Source: Convolutriloba macropyga (taxonomy: Eukaryota). From it: a stretch of 64,000 bases of DNA. Shown here in pieces: positions 63,707 to 64,000 of this stretch (position 1 is its first letter; each line of letters opens with the position of its first letter). The notes beneath the pieces were generated by a model. It saw nothing but the letters and a program-made list of their open reading frames with translations. It ran no database searches and was not told the DNA's origin. The stretch is from assembly GCF_964194025.1 (NCBI RefSeq), contig NC_134476.1:56110001-56174000 (forward strand), in the 5' to 3' direction. A program made the translations under genes and the position numbers.

Positions 63707-64000
63707 GAATCTTCTTTCGTGATAAAAAGAGATTCCAAATGAGAAAAAAATAAGTTGTTCAAAATATTGGATATATTCTTCAAGAACAAATTTTGGAATT
63801 GAAAAAAAAAACAGTTTTGTTCCGCACAAACGGAAAAGATCCGATAATACTTATAAGGATGTTGTGCGCGAAGGGAGGCTAGACACCTAATCGGTAGAGT
63901 GATATTTCAAACTTTTGACGCGGCTCCTAGAGTCTAGCATAGTGCTATAAGTTTAAAATACAATGCGGTAAATTTAAATACGGTGCTGTGATGTTTCATA

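Overview
AT-rich animal genomic DNA with spliceosomal introns; no prokaryotic features. Bases 271-21261 (+) hold the 3' half of an Eph-family receptor gene: juxtamembrane segment, kinase fold, SAM domain and a PDZ-type tail over about 8 GT-AG exons. The joined exons lack all three catalytic motifs (VAIK->VVVL, HRD->HKV, DFG->GFE) and a recognisable Gly-rich loop, so this looks like a kinase-dead Eph pseudokinase, apparently non-vertebrate. Two points in the gene (~3665 and ~20610) need either a frameshift or a very short intron. The rest is mostly transposon-derived: three decayed Ty3/Gypsy remnants (one with a 373-bp triplication), a ~1.49-kb macrosatellite of ~7 units split by a near full-length L2-like LINE with a 6-bp TSD, a CR1-like fragment, a diverged ~2.4-kb duplication, four RTE-like LINE copies, and three related GG...CC foldback MITEs, each with a perfect 8-bp TSD. 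A compact gene of unrecognised family starts at 62719. Exon models were built by eye from splice signals and phase; the organism cannot be identified from the sequence alone.
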